21,770 nucleotides of DNA from Octopus sinensis (taxonomy: Eukaryota): contig NW_021837013.1 in the NCBI RefSeq assembly GCF_006345805.1, positions 1 to 21,770 of the forward strand. Direction: 5' to 3'. The position numbers were made by a program, and so were the translations under genes. Positions 20,461 through 21,770 of this stretch are shown one piece after another. The stretch's first letter is position 1, and every line of letters starts with the position of its first letter. Below the pieces are notes generated by a model that searched no databases, had not been told where the DNA came from, and saw only the letters and a program-made list of their open reading frames with translations.

Positions 20461-20678
20461 CTTTACTTTTACTTTTTTTTACTTTTACTTGTTTCAGTCA
20501 TTTGACTGCGGCAATGCTGGAGCACCGCCTTTAGTCGAGCAAATCGACCCCGGGACTTATTCTTTGTAAGCCCAGTACTTATTCTATCGGTCTCTTTTTG
20601 CCGAAACGACAAGTGACGGGGACGTAAAGACACCAGCATCGGTTGTCAAGCAATGCTAGGGAGACAAACACAAACACA

Positions 20679-20745
<67 letters not shown>

Positions 20746-20804
20746 GACAGGCTTCTTTCAGTGGTTGGTAAGCAAGCTACTTATCACACAGCCAATCCTA
20801 CGCC
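20461..20804 (-). mobile_element. SINE family C (tRNA head, internal microsatellite, gtaaaa-type tail) with ~100-bp internal deletion
   Basis: The minus strand begins ggcgtaggattggctgtgtgataagtagc (A-box-like) and ends gactgaaacaagtaaaagtaaaa. After gcttctttcagt the + strand jumps to ggttggtaag, whereas the copies at 4831 and 21161 continue into the ...tcta... segment. Confidence 0.9.
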
Positions 20805-21160
20805 ATTTGTGAGTGTTAATATGATATCACGCTTTGTGAGGCTTATTGTTTACCTCAAATAGATATTGAGAAAATATAAATCGGCATTTCACGTATTTTC
20901 CGCATTTCTTGCGATCCATAATTAGTGGTATGAATTTTTAACTGTTCTTTCTAACGCAAGGTTTTCCTATGATGGAAGCGTCTTGATGTGTTTTAATGTA
21001 CACGATATTTTATATGAATCATATAGTATATTTATATATATATATATAGATAATATATATATTATATTATATATATAGATATATAATATATATATATATA
21101 TATTATATATATATAATTATATATATATATATATATACATCATACATCCATACATACATA

Positions 21161-21260
21161 TACGACGGCCTTCTTCAGCTCTCGTCTACAATTCTACTCA
21201 AAATGCTTTATTCAACCCGAGGCTATAGTAAAAGACTCTTGCCCAAGATGCCACGCAGTG
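21161..21260 (-). mobile_element. Diverged internal fragment of SINE family C (CORE-like segment)
   Basis: acgacggccttcttcag overlaps family C. The minus-strand cttgggcaagagtcttttactatagcctc resembles the CORE-SINE domain (from recall). Confidence 0.7.
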
Positions 21261-21363
21261 CAAAAAACATCTAGATGGCATGTCAGGTAGAAATATATAT
21301 AGTATATATTATATATATATATATATATAATATACATGCTTATATGATATATAATGATAAAAA

Positions 21364-21598
21364 TAAATGCGCCCTTTAAAGCCTAGCCAGGCTCATGGGC
21401 CCAGTTTCCCGGTTTCAATGGCGTATATGTTCTCCAGCTGGATGGGACGCCAGTCCATCTCGGCGTTACTCACTTTTGCCAGCTGAGTCGACTGGAGCAA
21501 CGTGAAATGAAGTGTTTTGCTCAAGAACACAACGCGTCGCCCGGTCCAGGAATCGATCATGATGCTGACACCCCAACCACTAAGCCCCACGCCTCCAC
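21364..21598 (-). mobile_element. tRNA-derived SINE, family D, with shortened head
   Basis: Minus strand: A-box-like GGCTTAGTGG and B box GATCGATTCC only 18 nt apart; then tgtgttcttgagcaaaacactt (CORE-like), and a GC-rich body ending gggcgcattt with an AT-rich tail. Confidence 0.8.
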
Positions 21599-21770
21599 TT
21601 ACATGATATATATATGTGTAACTATAACAATTACGAAGAAAATCTTATAAAAAAACTCTGGACCTCAGCTTACGAATTATTGTTCTCGTCTCTGCGTAAA
21701 TTTAATTAATATATTTCAGCATACTACATCAACTAGAGTAAAGTAGTCACACGCGTCTTTTACTTAATGT

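Noticed and set aside
19320-20569. MYVC/HTYI-repeat ORFs, and the many YI/CV/HT ORFs elsewhere
   Set aside because: Stop-free microsatellites produce these ORFs automatically.

Overview
Very AT-rich eukaryotic non-coding DNA (intron or intergenic) dominated by microsatellites (AT, GT, CTT, GATA, CTA, TTA and a ~1.3 kb ATGT tract) and short interspersed repeats. From recall, the repeat families match those typical of Octopus genomes; this is an inference, not a search result. I can support at least four tRNA-derived SINE-like families (A-D, several copies each for A and C, two with clear target-site duplications), a piggyBac-like TTAA MITE, a second TIR-bounded MITE, a two-copy element with an internal inverted repeat (E), a probable LINE endonuclease relic, and several local direct and inverted repeats. 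No protein-coding gene is supported with confidence, and almost all listed ORFs are translations of microsatellites. The most interesting signal is three imperfect hammerhead-ribozyme-like cores (CUGANGA...GAAA), all on the minus strand. One sits downstream of a tRNA-Ser-like Pol III head, and one lies inside a cluster of large palindromes, suggesting decayed Penelope-like or retrozyme-like elements. A weak 53-nt candidate exon resembles GPCR TM3.
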